A stretch of DNA of 60,858 nt, counting the filler, from Sphacelaria rigidula (lineage: Eukaryota), in NCBI GenBank assembly GCA_964200075.2. It is 9 parts of 9 records of this genome, joined end to end, with 100 filler letters (N's around TTAATTAATTAA, not from the genome) between each part and the next. Parts side by side here need not be neighbours in the genome. Positions count along the whole stretch, not along the records: positions 1 to 6,674 come from CAXNAA020018705.1; positions 6,775 to 13,448 come from CAXNAA020018706.1; 7 more parts are not named here. One strand, given 5' to 3'. Position numbers and translations under genes: made by a program. This document shows, piece after piece, positions 1 to 12,891 of this stretch; the first letter of the stretch is position 1, and the number at the start of each line of letters is the position of its first letter. The notes under the pieces are model-generated. The model was given only the letters and a program-made list of their open reading frames with translations, ran no database searches and was not told where the DNA came from.

Positions 1-48
1 AGATTTTAATCCTCCGGGTTCTCATCCTCAATCAAAAGCACCATCCTC
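1..48. mobile_element. Right end of palindromic MITE family A (truncated by contig start)
   Basis: AGATTTTAATCCTCCGGGTTCTCATCCTCAAT matches the right termini of the copies ending at ~10477 and ~12891. Confidence 0.7.
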
Positions 49-2396
49 AACATAGATGATTGGCTGTTTGTAGCAAAAACCAACGATAGTGACTTCAAGC
101 TAGCGGCAGAGAATCCCAATATTGTGTCAGATGGTGGTGACCACTCGCTGAGAACTTCCAAGCAGAGCCACCTAGGGATGTCGCACTGACCTCCCTACCA
201 AGGTGGCCATGCAGAACGAATAAGAACTGGAATGTACACACCAGTTCTCAGGGAACGTCCGCTTCGACTGATTCAGCTTTTCGGTACGTTGTTTGTTGAG
301 GGTCCTTGCGTCGGTGCCATACGTCCATTAAATTTTTCGCATAAACTATTTGAGGATAAACAACGCCGGAACTCGATGAAAGCCTAGCCACCGATGAGAC
401 GAGGACTTTGGTTATCGTCTCACCCCTTCATCTCATAGCTCGTACCCGTTCCGAACGTTTGACCATATATTAACATCGACAACCGCAATGTCTGCATAGA
501 GCTATTTGTTTGAAAATTGGTGTGGAAGAGACTTAGCGACTCCTGTTGACACATTTTTGTCTCGATCTGAGCCCGGAAAAGTTGAGGCAAGATTTGCAAG
601 CAACTCGCCGATGTAACGTCGTAGGACCCTTCTTCTTCATTTTCCCCGTCGGCTTACTTCTCTTACTTTCCATCCATCGGGAAAGTTTGGCCAATCGTAT
701 GAAAAACACAAGTCATCCGACCTGTTGTCGGCGAGCTACTTGCGAAACACGCCTCCCTACAAAATCCATGTCTCTTTTCGAAAACGTGAGCTGCGCGTAG
801 GCTTTTCTTTTTCATGCGTGCATAGTATTCGCATCAACTATGGGCTCTTCTTTTTCGATCTTCCACGCTAAAATCAAGTAAGTGTAACGCCTCGGCGGGG
901 TTTCCGCTTCAAAATGGCCCCTATTGAACAAGACGCAGCAGTTTTTGGGAGGAAAAAAACATGAGAAACAAACACCTATTATAGCTGTGCGTGCCGATAG
1001 TGAATGTCGAATCCCAGAGCTCCGGGCTTGCTGAGCGTCTACCATTATCTGCGTCTTATCTGCTTGGTTGGCCCGCGCACGTTACTAATTTCAATGTCAA
1101 GAAGAACACACTCCTCTCACACGTCATAACCGGCCCGTCGCAACGATTTCTGTATCGGCGACGGTTCCTGCCGTCGACCCCATTCATTCGGAGTCCCATT
1201 CGAAATCGTATGATAGCAGGAGACTTTATTCTGTGGACAGTGCGATACCCGAAAGGTGCGAATACCTTGACGTTGGAGTCCGGCCTTCTCGCTGCTCGAA
1301 CTCTGCAATCCACTGTTGTATCTCCTTTTTCTTCGCCTTCCGAAGGGCTTTCAGCTCCGTTGTGTCCATGATAACTTGCACGTCCGTGTGACGGCCTACA
1401 CCTCTGCAAACACTCGTCGACGGTAGCGTCGCTACAGTATTGTAGTGGATAAATCTTGAGCGTGTGATCTACCACCGGCGTGCATCCATCTGCGGCATTC
1501 CATCTTGACTTCCTGGCGAAACCTCAGAGATAATGGTGCTCAGCGCGAAGCTAAAAGCGGCGAAATATGTCTCTACATGAATGCACTATGACCACCTATT
1601 ATTGCCCGCAGAGTGCAACAATGGGTCGAACTTTGTAGAGTGGACAACCAACCTCTGCAAGGGATTAATACAGGGTTGAATACAGTATAGTGGAAAGCCA
1701 CCATGCACTCAGCCACATCTCCATCCAAAGTGCACACGTGATTTCAAACCACCCAGCCCGTGAGTCTGAAAAATCTTATCGGCCAGGATCCCGCCGTAGT
1801 TTGCGGGCTAATAGGGACGGTTACACTATTCCGTGAGTGGTTCGTGCAAGACATAAGAGGATACACGTGACCAAAGTACTAGCCTGGCTTGGCCAGATAG
1901 AAGGGGATTCCAACTGTACATGATGTGAAGTAAATAGGTTGGTGAAGGAGAGGGAAGATCTTGAGTAGACGCCACACTCACAGGACTTTGTCGAAGAAAG
2001 GGGTTGGACGAATGCTCTGAAGTCACTAAATCACTGCGGCATCAACAGGTTGTGAACACTAAAATACGTCATCAAGTGATTAACTCAGACCCGTTGTCAT
2101 TGCTGTTGATGGGATATAATGTGAAAATATCCCTTACAGTATATCCCCTACCTCTTCGACTCGGTTGCTGTAAGTACCGGTGACCCATGTTTTCCGATGA
2201 TGCATGTCAAGTGAGAGATCGATGAATACCAACCGAAATGTGTCCAACCCATTGACCGCCAGGGGGGGTCATCTGGGTCCTACGTTCATTTTTCAAGTGA
2301 AATCGATGTCAATTCCACAGAGTTTACTCGCCCTGACGATCAAAGAAAGGGTTGAAGGGGCTTGCGACCAAGGGCCAGCAGTCGATCATCGAAATT

Positions 2397-2678
2397 GAGG
2401 ATGGAGCTAGCCACTGAGGATGAAAACCCGGACGATTAAAATCTTCGTTTCCACACCAAATTCGTAATATGGTTCCATTCCTTCACCTAGGTCCTGCTGG
2501 TATAGCTCTTGACAAGTACTACACGCCAGACGATTGGGGATTTCGATAACCGAAATGTTAGGGTCCTGGGTGACGAACCAATGTCGGGGAATTTCGGCGA
2601 TCCGACCGGATCACCTAGATTCCCCCAAATTGTTTTCACATGTAGGACCCAAACATTTCGGTTATCAAAATCCAAATT
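2397..2678. mobile_element. Partial copy of palindromic MITE family A
   Basis: Aligns by eye with 10092-10477 and 12544-12891 (GAGGATGAAAACCCGG...ATATGGTTCCATT...GGACCCAAACATTTCGGTTATCAAAATCCAAATT); right end missing. Confidence 0.75.
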
Positions 2679-2844
2679 AGCTGCACATTCTGCTGCCTCA
2701 ACCTCTGCTGTATCAAATATTTTCCCGCTGTTTTACTGGCATGCGGTCTTGCTGCGAAGAACTTCCGATAACTTTTGCCCTTGAATCCGTCCGTGAGTAG
2801 TATGTGAATGGCAGCGGGGGAAAGAAATGAAAAAAATCGACGCG

Positions 2845-2872
2845 GTGTGTGTTTGTGTGTGTGTGTGTGTGT
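2845..2872. repeat. (GT)n microsatellite
   Basis: Direct reading of the sequence. Confidence 0.9.
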
Positions 2873-5800
2873 TGACATCCCATCTGTATTTTTCGGTATA
2901 TATATGAGGGCGCACCAGCCGACACAGGGGTTCATTTTTATTTTTTATTAGTACTCCACCCTCCTGTTGCGGTGCTTACCTTTATTTTTTTCGCGAGAAG
3001 GGTTCAGCTGTCCATTTCCCTCGTCGACCGTCAAGTCGAATTTTGTGTACCCACGACATCGTCGCTCTCAACTGTTGGGCGTTGTGTGAGAAAAAATCCT
3101 AGCGGGGGTCCTGAAAATAATCCCATCCGCCAGGTACCAAATTGTAAGTCAAGCCCATGATACGACGTACGCCAGGTAACGAGCATTCTTATCTAGATAC
3201 GGTCTTGTGTCGAGAAAAAAACAGTTTTTCTCTACGGTTGACCGTTCTTGGACTAAAGTGCAAATTTGACCAAAACAAAATGCGAAGATGTTGTCCTCGA
3301 ACCGTCTCAACGAGTAGTAGTAGATGGAGCAAGTCATTCCACGGTGTCAAACTCCGCTTAGCTCTCGTTCAAGACATGAAACGACGAACGACCAAGCATA
3401 TGTCAATACACGACTATTATTTTGTTCACCGTAATAATGAGCGGCGTACAGAATCAAACCCCAGGGAAAGAATATTTGTGCACCGCCACCGTGGCACCCC
3501 TCCCTGAGGGGAAACATGGGTTGATGCCTGGAGACGTGTTTGTCTGTAGTCGTCCCGAGAACCGGGCGGGACCTATCATGTAAGGAAAAGACCTGGCGAG
3601 ATACACCGAACCTGTTTGGAAGACTAGAACTGGTTGCCGAATCACTGAATAATACTTGAGCAGGTCATCGACTTTCTTCATTGAATGGTTGGTTATGCCA
3701 GCTCGGGTACTCACCCTCAGTAATGACGGAAACGAGTAAGAAGAATCGCGGAAGGGCAATAACTGGCACAACCTGGACAAGAAGTATGACTGTTCCGTCT
3801 TGTGCAGTGGACAATACATTGCACACTGTACGCAGAAGACATCTCAACAACACAATCATTGGTACAGGGTGTGACGAATATCTCAACTCCTGTCCTTCAG
3901 ACACGGAAATCGATTATATTCACGCTCACATCCCAACAACACACATTCAACACAATGAGCGCATCTTCACGCAACTCAGAGGCTTCGACGCGCGACTTTT
4001 CGTCGGGGAGCCATACTCATATACCCCCTTTCAAATCCCCACTGTTCCTTTGGAGCGAAGCACATGTAGGTTTCTCGGAGTTTTTAAATGGTTAGAGAGG
4101 GCAATTGTTTCAGGCTGTTTCCGAGCCAAACAAGGATTTTTTTACATCCAGACAGCACCCAGGGATTTTTGTCAAATCTCTCTCGGGGATAGATACAACT
4201 GCGATACGGTGCTACAACGCAGTGGCGCCCTCTTCGTCACTCCCTCCCCGCCCCCCCGTCCTGGAGGTCTTCTGGGTATGCCTTCAGAAAAAAATGACTC
4301 TTTGCTCCTTGAGCACCCTGGTGATTGCCGACACCGATTCCGTGAAATCTGATGTGGTGGTGAAATATATCAAGAGAGCGTGCTTTGAACGTACCAGCCA
4401 GCCTAATGGTGAGTTCATTACTTGAGGGTGAAAAACATGCAGTTCGGATATTTTTGTCAAATGAATTTCATAAGTTGCTGGACATTTTTCTGTACTACGC
4501 GCACAGCAGCCACAGACGCGATGCTGCTGTGAGGAAGAAAATGTCGTTCGCCATTACCATCGAACACTAGAATGTAAATAGATTGCATTCAATGGTCACT
4601 TCCGGGAGATTCAACGACAGATTTGTTACAACCACCCAGTCATACGGATCTTATCCTCCCCCCCCTCCGGACCGTCTTCCTCAACCACTTCCTCGATCCT
4701 TCGCCACGCTACTTCTAAAACAAGATGCTATCCTCCCTGTGCAATCGATCCTACGCACAAAACGCTGGAACTTGAAGGACTTCGAACAAAGCACATTTGC
4801 CGTGCAGATCCAATGAGTGTATATATATGTGTGTCGCCGCTCCCTTAGGAACGATCCAACGCGCGGTGCGGCCGTCGCTCCAATTATCTCCGGTGAAAAC
4901 ATGAGAGCGGCGTCAGATGAAGGCCCTGTCCTCCAAAGTACTTTGCGGGACCAGCGGACTATAACATTGAAACCCGCATAATGAACGTCCTGCAAGCGTT
5001 TATTCATAGACGATGATGATCCTTCCAGGCCTTTGTGCTTCGCCCCCACCCCCCTTCCTCGTCCCCTCGTAATACGCCGCCTAGCACATTACTTCTTCCA
5101 GACACCTGTAGCAGAAACAGGTAGCACATGCATGGACGCACCAGTGATCGCACAGGGGTGGAGGCAGACAGCCGGGAAACGACGAGTACGGGTTGTGAGA
5201 AAAATCAATACACAGACAGATAGGTATGCGTGCAGACCGTCTTCAAGGAGGTTTTCGACACGGCCGTGTTCGACTCGAACTCAAAACGGTGCATGTATGG
5301 ATGATCACGATTCAAGGGCAAGTGTGCATCATGTCAACATACTGTACATACAAACGTCTCGTGCGTGCGCAAAATTAGTCGACTGCGTACACGCAGCGTA
5401 AAAGAGGTATATAAGCCCGGGGGGGGGAGGCGGGGGCTGGACAGAGGATGCACACACGAGAAACAGGGGCAGCCGCACAGTTGGACAGGTTTTCATTTTC
5501 ATCGGTCTAGCCTTGCTAGTCGGCCATCACATGCATCTTCCTTCACCAGGAAAGCTCTGCATACGGCTTGTGCACTCAACCTACCCTGGTAGTACAGTAC
5601 CACCCGTAGCACCGCCAATCGTCAGAAATCCTCTTGAGGTTTCAAGCAGATACCTCGTTTACACAAATGCGCAATAACCATGACAGCAACAACATTGGGG
5701 CGGCCGCCACCACAGTTCCGATGCACTTGGTCACTTTCATCATGCGTTGCATCAGAGGCACATTCTCAACATTGGCCTTGGTTTAATCGTGTACACCTGG

Positions 5801-6674
5801 GTGTGCGAGGCGTATGCGTCCGCGGGTGCGTACGTGTGTTACAATATCAGCGCAAGCACGACATGAAATAGATCATGTGGCACATTTTAGAGCAGCTTTG
5901 TTGTCATTGATTTAGTTCACTTGGCAGTAACAAGTTTCTTGGCTGCTCTACATGGCTTTGCAGGAATGATATACATGACAGCCAACAGCGACATACCCAC
6001 CGTACACACTTGGTGCGACATGTTCACGAATGGAACGCCTCAAACCGAAGTATTGCGGAATTTGAAACGCAACATGACCAGCGCTGGGGTGACATCAACA
6101 ATGCAAAATAGGTGCAGCTTTCACAGCAGGAGGAGGCCAGAAATATTGACTGGTCGAAGAGAGCACTCCAGTTCGGGGGAGGGAGGGATTTACAACATTC
6201 ATTCAAGTCGACGCACGACAAGCTCACGGACGGCCGTCTCACCTGCTTTGTATTGCGCAGAGTAGAGCGCGTGGAAGGTGATGCCGATGCCCAGTCCAAC
6301 CCCTCCCCATATGACGATCGTAGCGCCGACCTTGAATCCCGTCGACTTGTTGTCGAACACCAGCTGTTCCGTGTTGCAATGTTCCACGCATACGGTTCCG
6401 GTTGGTTTTGGATTGGATTTGTATTTTTTCCATTGCGCATGCAATGAAGATCACGTGTTCACCGGTACACAGCAAACATACAAAAATACAACCGAGATAG
6501 CCGGTGCAATTGGTGCGCACGCGCGATGACAGGGCGGGGGAGCGGGACGCAAGAAGGCGAGGGGAAGGGGGGGTTACACGGAGCCCAAGACGATAACTGA
6601 GCAACGTTAACCCTTTTGGAACCGTTGATGGAAAACTGAGGATTTACAACTGAGGTTTTTCCCACAATACATGG

Positions 6675-6774
6675 NNNNNNNNNNNNNNNNNNNNNNNNNN
6701 NNNNNNNNNNNNNNNNNNTTAATTAATTAANNNNNNNNNNNNNNNNNNNNNNNNNNNNNNNNNNNNNNNNNNNN
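6675..6774. other. Artificial contig linker N44-TTAATTAATTAA-N44 (also at 13449-13548, 20223-20322, 26996-27095, 33769-33868, 40542-40641, 47315-47414, 54087-54186)
   Basis: Eight identical 100-bp spacers carrying stops in all six frames; intervening segments are 6674,6674,6674,6673,6673,6673,6673,6672,6672 bp. Confidence 0.98.
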
Positions 6775-6870
6775 AACCCAAATATCAAGCGCTGTATGGC
6801 CGTCTTTTTCGTGACACTTTTAGCTGGTTTTGGGAGGGGGCTATCGTAGAAAGTTTCTTCATTTGTTGCA

Positions 6871-7102
6871 ACAGGCTCTGAGTTGCGCCCACCAATGTCT
6901 ATTGCTAATCACAATAGGATCTGCCACACGGCCACCACTATGTATTGGTGGCCAGAAGAGGATCTAAATTGCGCCCACTAATGTCTTTTGAGGGTCACAA
7001 TGTCATCTGAATCGCGGCCACCAATGTATACCACTGATCACAACGCAATCTGAATCGTGGCCACCAATATCTGTTGCTCACCACAAAAGTAGTTGAATGG
7101 CG
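6871..7102. repeat. Degenerate 43-bp tandem repeat, ~5.4 copies
   Basis: Units start with CCAC(C/T)A at 6889, 6932, 6975, 7018, 7061 (exact 43-bp period) and share ...CACAA...ATCTGAAT.GCG. Confidence 0.8.
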
Positions 7103-7879
7103 TCGATTACTATTAATACAGTAGCGCTATGTACGCATATTTTTCGATGTGTTTTCCGCCTTATTTCACAGAAGCTATGGCCAGCTTTCGCCTCAGGTGG
7201 TTGCGTGTTCATGTGTGAGCGGTAATGCCGTCGATGTCATAAGACCACTGCAGTGAGCAATATATTCTCCAAAACCTATCGTTGGCGTCACTGGCTATCG
7301 ATAGGTGCCCTCGAGAACAATCGGTTGTTAACGGCAATTGCCATGTTAATGTATACCCAAAAATGCATTGTTGGCGGCAGAGGCTATCGATAGATGGCTC
7401 ACCAAATCTTTTGATTACGGCTATGGCTATCGGGAGTGATCTTTATATATTATAATTGCCATAGGCTATTGATCGACTATTGCAACATCTGTTGTTCCAT
7501 GCAATACATATCAATATATGTGTTTCGCCATCTATCGTGTTTGACGATATATATCGACACGTTTCGACCCGTGTCTATTGCCGCAGGAATGGACTATTAT
7601 CGTATCCATTGTCCAGAGTGTGGTGATTTCGTTCGCTTTACTGCCGGTCATCCGTGTATTTCAGTGCCTTGCCGACACATTCCTATCAATTCATTCACTG
7701 TGTGTCTCGGTCGTATCATGTCCGTAGGTTCTGCGACGTCGACTGAAAGAGGTGGCGGCTGAATCGAAATGCGCAGGACGTCGAACGAGACACACGGACG
7801 GCATCTAGTGCATTCGCGGACGGCAGTGTTATCCTTGATGTGTCGGTGTGTGGCAAGCACTTGAGCACGCCCTATGCGT

Positions 7880-8250
7880 TTTAGGGGAAAAGGAAGTACG
7901 TGGTTGGCTGCTTCGTAGAGTTTACGTTGAAAGTGATTCTAGAGCTACAGTTTCCAGACCCGAGCGGTGCAACAGCCTTTGTGAGGAGCTACGCCACCTG
8001 AGGTCGTGTGCAGTATGTAGTCTCAGTCGGGAGGCAACCTTTGATGAAGTGGGTCCAGTAGATGGGTCCGCAGAGTGTCGCCCCAGCGTCTTCTCTTGTA
8101 CAGGATAAACATAGTGGTGGGGTGTTGGAAATGCACTGTACTGAGGACATGTCGGGTAGTTAGAGGGAGACAGCAACGTTTCACAACTTCTACGCACATC
8201 CGCGGCGGGAGATTCATTCCCTACTTGTTGGTCGAGATCTACCGCTGTGC
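7880..8250 (-). pseudogene. Possible decayed 3' end of a non-LTR retrotransposon ORF2 (CCHC finger region)
   Basis: Minus strand, with one frameshift, reads TCPQYSAFPTPHHYV-LSC...YWTHFIKGCLP, resembling the C-x2-C-x8-H-x4-C and W..F.KG.LP tail of LINE ORF2; weak. Confidence 0.25.
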
Positions 8251-9621
8251 ATTCGTTTGGAACGGGTATCAGAGTCAGCTCTGGATTGGTGTGTACCTGG
8301 AGCTTTTCACCAAAAGGTATGTCGCTACACCGTACCGTGAGAGCGATTTTGGATTGCATGATTGCATGCATCGGGTGGGAGCGGGGCCCCTCGGCCCCTC
8401 GGAGCCTCGTTGGTGGGGTATTTGTCCTGATGCCGTGAAGGCGTGTAGGGTGTCAAACGGTATGTATTGAAATAGGGGCTTGACCCCCGATGGTGTTGTG
8501 TATTAAGCAGCAGCGGAGATGGTGCGCCCGAAGTGTCGCTGCTGCTGTCTTCATATCCTACTTTGTCAGTGAATGCCATTCCCTTGCACAGGTATTGTAA
8601 TTGTTTTCGGCTTACCTGCAGAGCCATACGCTTGTGATACTACCACTCCGTGCCTTCCTAAGGATGCGGTGGGTCGTTCTTCTCCGCGCTTGCCTCTGCT
8701 GTAGGGCATCATGCATCAGGAATGGCACGGAAGTTTCTCGTGCCAAGAGCGCGCTCTGGCGGTTCGTGAAATTAGTGTAGATGCTATAATGCCTGTAAAT
8801 GAACCGAAATGCGGTTCATGATCTCTTGATGTACGTCATTTGGCGTACCTATGCGTAAAAAGTGGTGAAATACGGGGTATTGGTGAGGGGTTTAGGGTGA
8901 CGCCAGGAGTGCTTTACATCAGTGGCTATGCGCGTAGAGGGCATAGGGTGGGTGTGAAATGTTTGGTGCAGGTGTGGTACCGGTAGCGTGAGGTTCTGCC
9001 GTAAAATCCTCTGTTTTCATGTGGAATTTGCTACGAGCCCTGTTCGGTAGAGTTCTTATGGGGGCAGCAGTAGAAGAGGCAATCGATATACCGTCTTATT
9101 CGCTGTTCAACCGCAGTGCTCGACGACAACGCCATCTTCGCTAACACCCTGAAGCTAGGTGTAGTACCCTGCAGTTGTAGATTGCTTCGTGGCTCCTTTG
9201 GGTGTTGAAAATGTGGGGTTTATCATGTACACTGCATGCAGCAGATTTCGAACTTTGAAACATTTCGATACATTTCAGATGATGGATTTTCTATGGAAAT
9301 CATAGTCTAGGGTGGTCAAAGTATGCGCTCCACTTGGCGAACGTTGCGGCATTGTGATTCTAGCTCCGTCGTCACGGACTAGATGCTAACTTCTCGCCGC
9401 GCCGTGTGCGCGTCGGGCGCGGTCAAGAAGGCAAACAGCCGAAACATGTGTGAACTTGATGATGCGGCAAATAGGGGGAAACAGAGCGAGCGTTACTGGG
9501 TGAAAGGGTGCCTTAGTTGAAGTAAAACGTAGTCCATGCTGCTCGCTGAGCAAAGTAGATCAGGAGGGCCACGAACGTGCTGATCCGAGATTTCCGCCCA
9601 AAACATCCGAGGGTGGCTGTT

Positions 9622-9762
9622 TCAAACGGAATCCGTTATGGGGTAGGCCAGCACGCGGCCAATCGCAAGGCCTAGAAAAAGGCAGCCCTTGCCAGTGTCC
9701 GGACAGTCCTTCGGGGCGTGGTGCACCCAGATACATTTAACCCTCCACTGCTGCTTCACCAC
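9622..9762 (-). CDS. Terminal exon of WD40-repeat protein (VVKQQWRVKCIWVHHAPKDCPDTGKGCLFLGLAIGRVLAYPITDSV*)
   Basis: Acceptor ...ctcgcacag|GTG, 141 nt = 46 aa + TGA, phase 0, compatible with upstream exon 10771-10935; beta-propeller-like pattern (VKCIWV...LFLGLAIGRVLAY). Confidence 0.7.
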   Translation of the reverse strand: MVKQQWRVKCIWVHHAPKDCPDTGKGCLFLGLAIGRVLAYPITDSV

Positions 9763-10091
9763 CTGTGCGAGTCACGTGAGGAGAACGGGTTGACTGAGTG
9801 CCGTGCTGATACCGGGGACCAACCAATCTGGATGGGTTCCATAGTATTGCGAGTACCGGTACTTGTAAAACAGGGTGGATCATTTACCTCTTCCGGACGA
9901 AATGTGACGCCAGCATCCTTCCCCGGTGAGAAGCACGATTACCAGACGACGATTCCAAACATTTTGGAAGTTCAACTGGGATTCGCACGCGAATGTGTGT
10001 GCTGCGTTGATGTAAAGAGAACGTTTTCAGTATTAGTGTTTCGAGTGCGGGTACGTCCGGAATCGGCTCACAACACGGGATCTTACGAATT

Positions 10092-10477
10092 GAGGATGGT
10101 TCTTCTATTGGGGATGGGAAACCCGGAGAACTGAAATATTCGTATCCACATCAAATCTCCGAAGTATGGTTCCATTTCTTCACCTACTGATAGCTACTGA
10201 TAACTGCTACACGCCATGGAAATTTGGATTTCGATCATCAAAATGTTTGGGTCCTACGTGAAAAACCAATTTCGGAACTATTTTGGCGTCCGTTCAGACA
10301 TCCGGAATTCCCCAACATCAGTTTTTCACCTAGAACCCCAACATTTCGGTGATCGAAATCCAAATTTTCACGGCGTGTAGCAGTTGTCACAAGCTATCAG
10401 TGGGTGAAGAAATGAAACCATATTTCAAAGACTTGGTATGGATATCAAGATTTTAATTCTCCGGGTTTCTCATCCCC
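10092..10477. mobile_element. Palindromic MITE family A, full copy, inside the WD40 gene intron
   Basis: Left GGGGATGGGAAACCCGGAGAA is inverted to right TTCTCCGGGTTTCTCATCCCC; the inverted similarity runs nearly to the centre. Confidence 0.85.
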
Positions 10478-10770
10478 AATTTGAAGATTCCGTGTTTCAT
10501 GCGGAAATAGACCTCGTGGGAATTCAAATAGTTTCATTGGTCAAAAGTTGTTGATTCGTTCAACGCGGTTTTGCGGATACTGCGTCAGAATTGTCATCCA
10601 AGTTACTCCTCATGTGGAGGTACTGCCGCTCGCCACAGTGGTATCCGTGATGTGACTAATTACCTATAACCAGCTGAAGATCTGCAGTTTCGTGACAGCA
10701 ACCAACCATTTGTTCATTGCAAGGAACCATCGAATGAAGGTGACAGTCATGACCGTGTCGCGCGACGTAC

Positions 10771-10935
10771 CCGCTGTAGGCACAGGGTGCCCAGGCTCCA
10801 CACCCTCACATGGCCTTCGTCGGACGCAGAAAATAGATGTGAGTTTGTCACCGAAAGTGCCGTGATCGCCCTCTTGTGCTGTTTGAACGTGCAAAGTATT
10901 CGGTGTCCAAATGATTGCTCCGGGACTTGCCACAC
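10771..10935 (-). CDS. Internal exon of WD40-repeat protein (VWQVPEQSFGHRILCTFKQHKRAITALSVTNSHLFSASDEGHVRVWSLGTLCLQR)
   Basis: Clear WD40 repeat (F-x-x-H...ITAL...LFSASDEG.VRVW); acceptor ttatccag|GTG, donor CGG|gtacgt; 165 nt, phase 0-0. Confidence 0.85.
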
Positions 10936-12543
10936 CTGGATAATCGGCATGGTACATGGTGAATTGCGCGAGGGATCATCCGGTGAAACGTGCTTGACGA
11001 TTGACGCCAACACAAAAATATATCCCATCAGGGGGTCCAGTATTTTGAAACCGAGACGCATGCGAACAGGGCCAGCTTCTGGGCACTTGACCAGCGTCGC
11101 ACGGCACGATTTTGAGAGTTAGAAGCTGAAAATCTGACACAAGGTTCATATCAAGAAGAGGAGTTGTTGTATTGCAGCAGTCAAAAGAGAAGGGGCGGGA
11201 AAAATGACAGCCAGTCGGTGTAAGATTGTGATGAAAAATGAAACTGTCCTAACTCAACAAATATCTCAGTAACAGTGATGACCATTTATGTCCCTCAAAT
11301 CTTCTCCCTGCAGGAAGGTGTCATTTTGGATAAGGCACCGGAAAAGCCAGTATTTCGCTCGATGCAAGAGCACGTATGTTTCGCGGGTACCTCTCAGTAG
11401 ACATCTCGCTCGCATATCGCGGGATATTAGGGTGCATTCTGTTTGCATTTAGGCTTGGAGTGTACTTCCTCTGTGCCATAAGTGAAGGTCCTCATGGGCG
11501 TTTAATCGTTTGGGTATATCAACGTTGATGATTATCCTATGGTTGGGTTCGTGAGAGGTAAAGCGCAGACGGAGCTGTTTAAAAATAATGAAGGAGAAAA
11601 AGGTGTTTCCATCACAAAAATGATGTCGAAATATACCCCATTGTGATCCTTTTTGATCCATCTATACCCCATCATTGACCGATTTTGGACGTTTCCACGT
11701 CGAGCACAAGCAATTACATGCTGACAAAATGTTGGATGGGGCGTGCGTAGGTTAACATCACGGAGATGTCCAAAATCAATGGTGGTTTCGCGATTTTTCG
11801 TGTTCCCGGGTCTCTCATGTTTCCCTGGGGAAACGAGCGCAAAATGGCTGTTTTTAACCAACCTACTTTTTCTCGGCCGCGCGTCTGCATGGGTCAAGCA
11901 CCTATGTTGTAGGAAGAATGGCGGTTTCAGCTAAAAAAATGCCGACGAATGCCATAAAATGATCGAAAATCAAATATCACACCGTTAAGGGTCCGTGCAA
12001 TCAAAAGGGCCTTTACTTATGGCTCAGAGGAAGTATATATTTATTTGCTCTCCGCATTGTGTGTAGCATGGCGCTACCGCGTTGCGAAGCGTTCCGCTCA
12101 ATGCGTTTCATTTTTCCACTTCTGGGCGGACCCTTTTGCACTCGGAGGTCTCACTTGTCTCGACCGCTCTTCATTTGTGGAATCGTCATTATTTTAACTT
12201 GGAAATTGAATGAGTATCATATTCAGTTGCGCTGGATTATGAAGTAGCGTAGCAGCAGCAGTACAGACAGGGGGAAAGTACAGCTAGTCGAGACGATGTG
12301 CAATGCGTGCAAGATTAAAACACGCTCGAGGTGTGCCACTCCTGCCTTGAAAGTAGTCTGTACTCAGTGTTGAACGATGGTACGCTAACTATTTCAGACC
12401 GTTGTATTCAGCTGCTGATGAAAAAAGTTCGAATATATTTACGAAGAGAGTCTCCTCGAAAATGGGGCTCAACGTTGGAACGGGCTTCAACCCGCCTTTG
12501 GATATTAACACTTGATTTTACAACTTGGAGATAAATTTTTATT

Positions 12544-12891
12544 GGGGATGAGAAGCCGGGGAATTAAGATCTTCCTATCCACACCATATCTTCGAAATAT
12601 GGTTCCACTTCTTCACTTGCTGGTAGCTGTTGACAACTACCATACGTCATACACGTTTGGATTTCGATAACCCAAATGCTGGGGTCCTTGGTAAAGAACA
12701 AGTTGGGGAATTTTGGTGATCCGATCGGACCCCAAAATTATTTCTTCACCTAGGACCCCAACATTTCGGTTGTGGAAATCCAAATTTGCACGGTGTGTAG
12801 TAGTTGTCAAAAGCTATCAGTAGGTAGAACCATATTTCGAATATTTGGTGCAGATACGAATGAGATTTTAATTCTCCAGGTTCTCATCCCT
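12544..12891. mobile_element. Palindromic MITE family A, full copy
   Basis: GGGGATGAGAAGCCGGGGAATTAAGATCT ... AGATTTTAATTCTCCAGGTTCTCATCCCT; homologous to 10092-10477. Confidence 0.85.

Noticed and set aside
3681..4570. 223-aa ORF and neighbours as a gene
   Set aside because: No recognisable motif or splice pattern; could be a relic but cannot be supported.
5921..6447. Overlapping 114- and 111-aa ORFs as a frameshifted gene
   Set aside because: Protein-like in parts, but no family or exon boundaries could be assigned.
6719..6730. TTAATTAATTAA as a biological motif
   Set aside because: Artificial six-frame stop linker embedded in Ns.
11314..11373. Plus-strand mini-exon EGVILDKAPEKPVFRSMQEH with good splice signals
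   Set aside because: No convincing partner exons, and it is antisense to the WD40 gene region.
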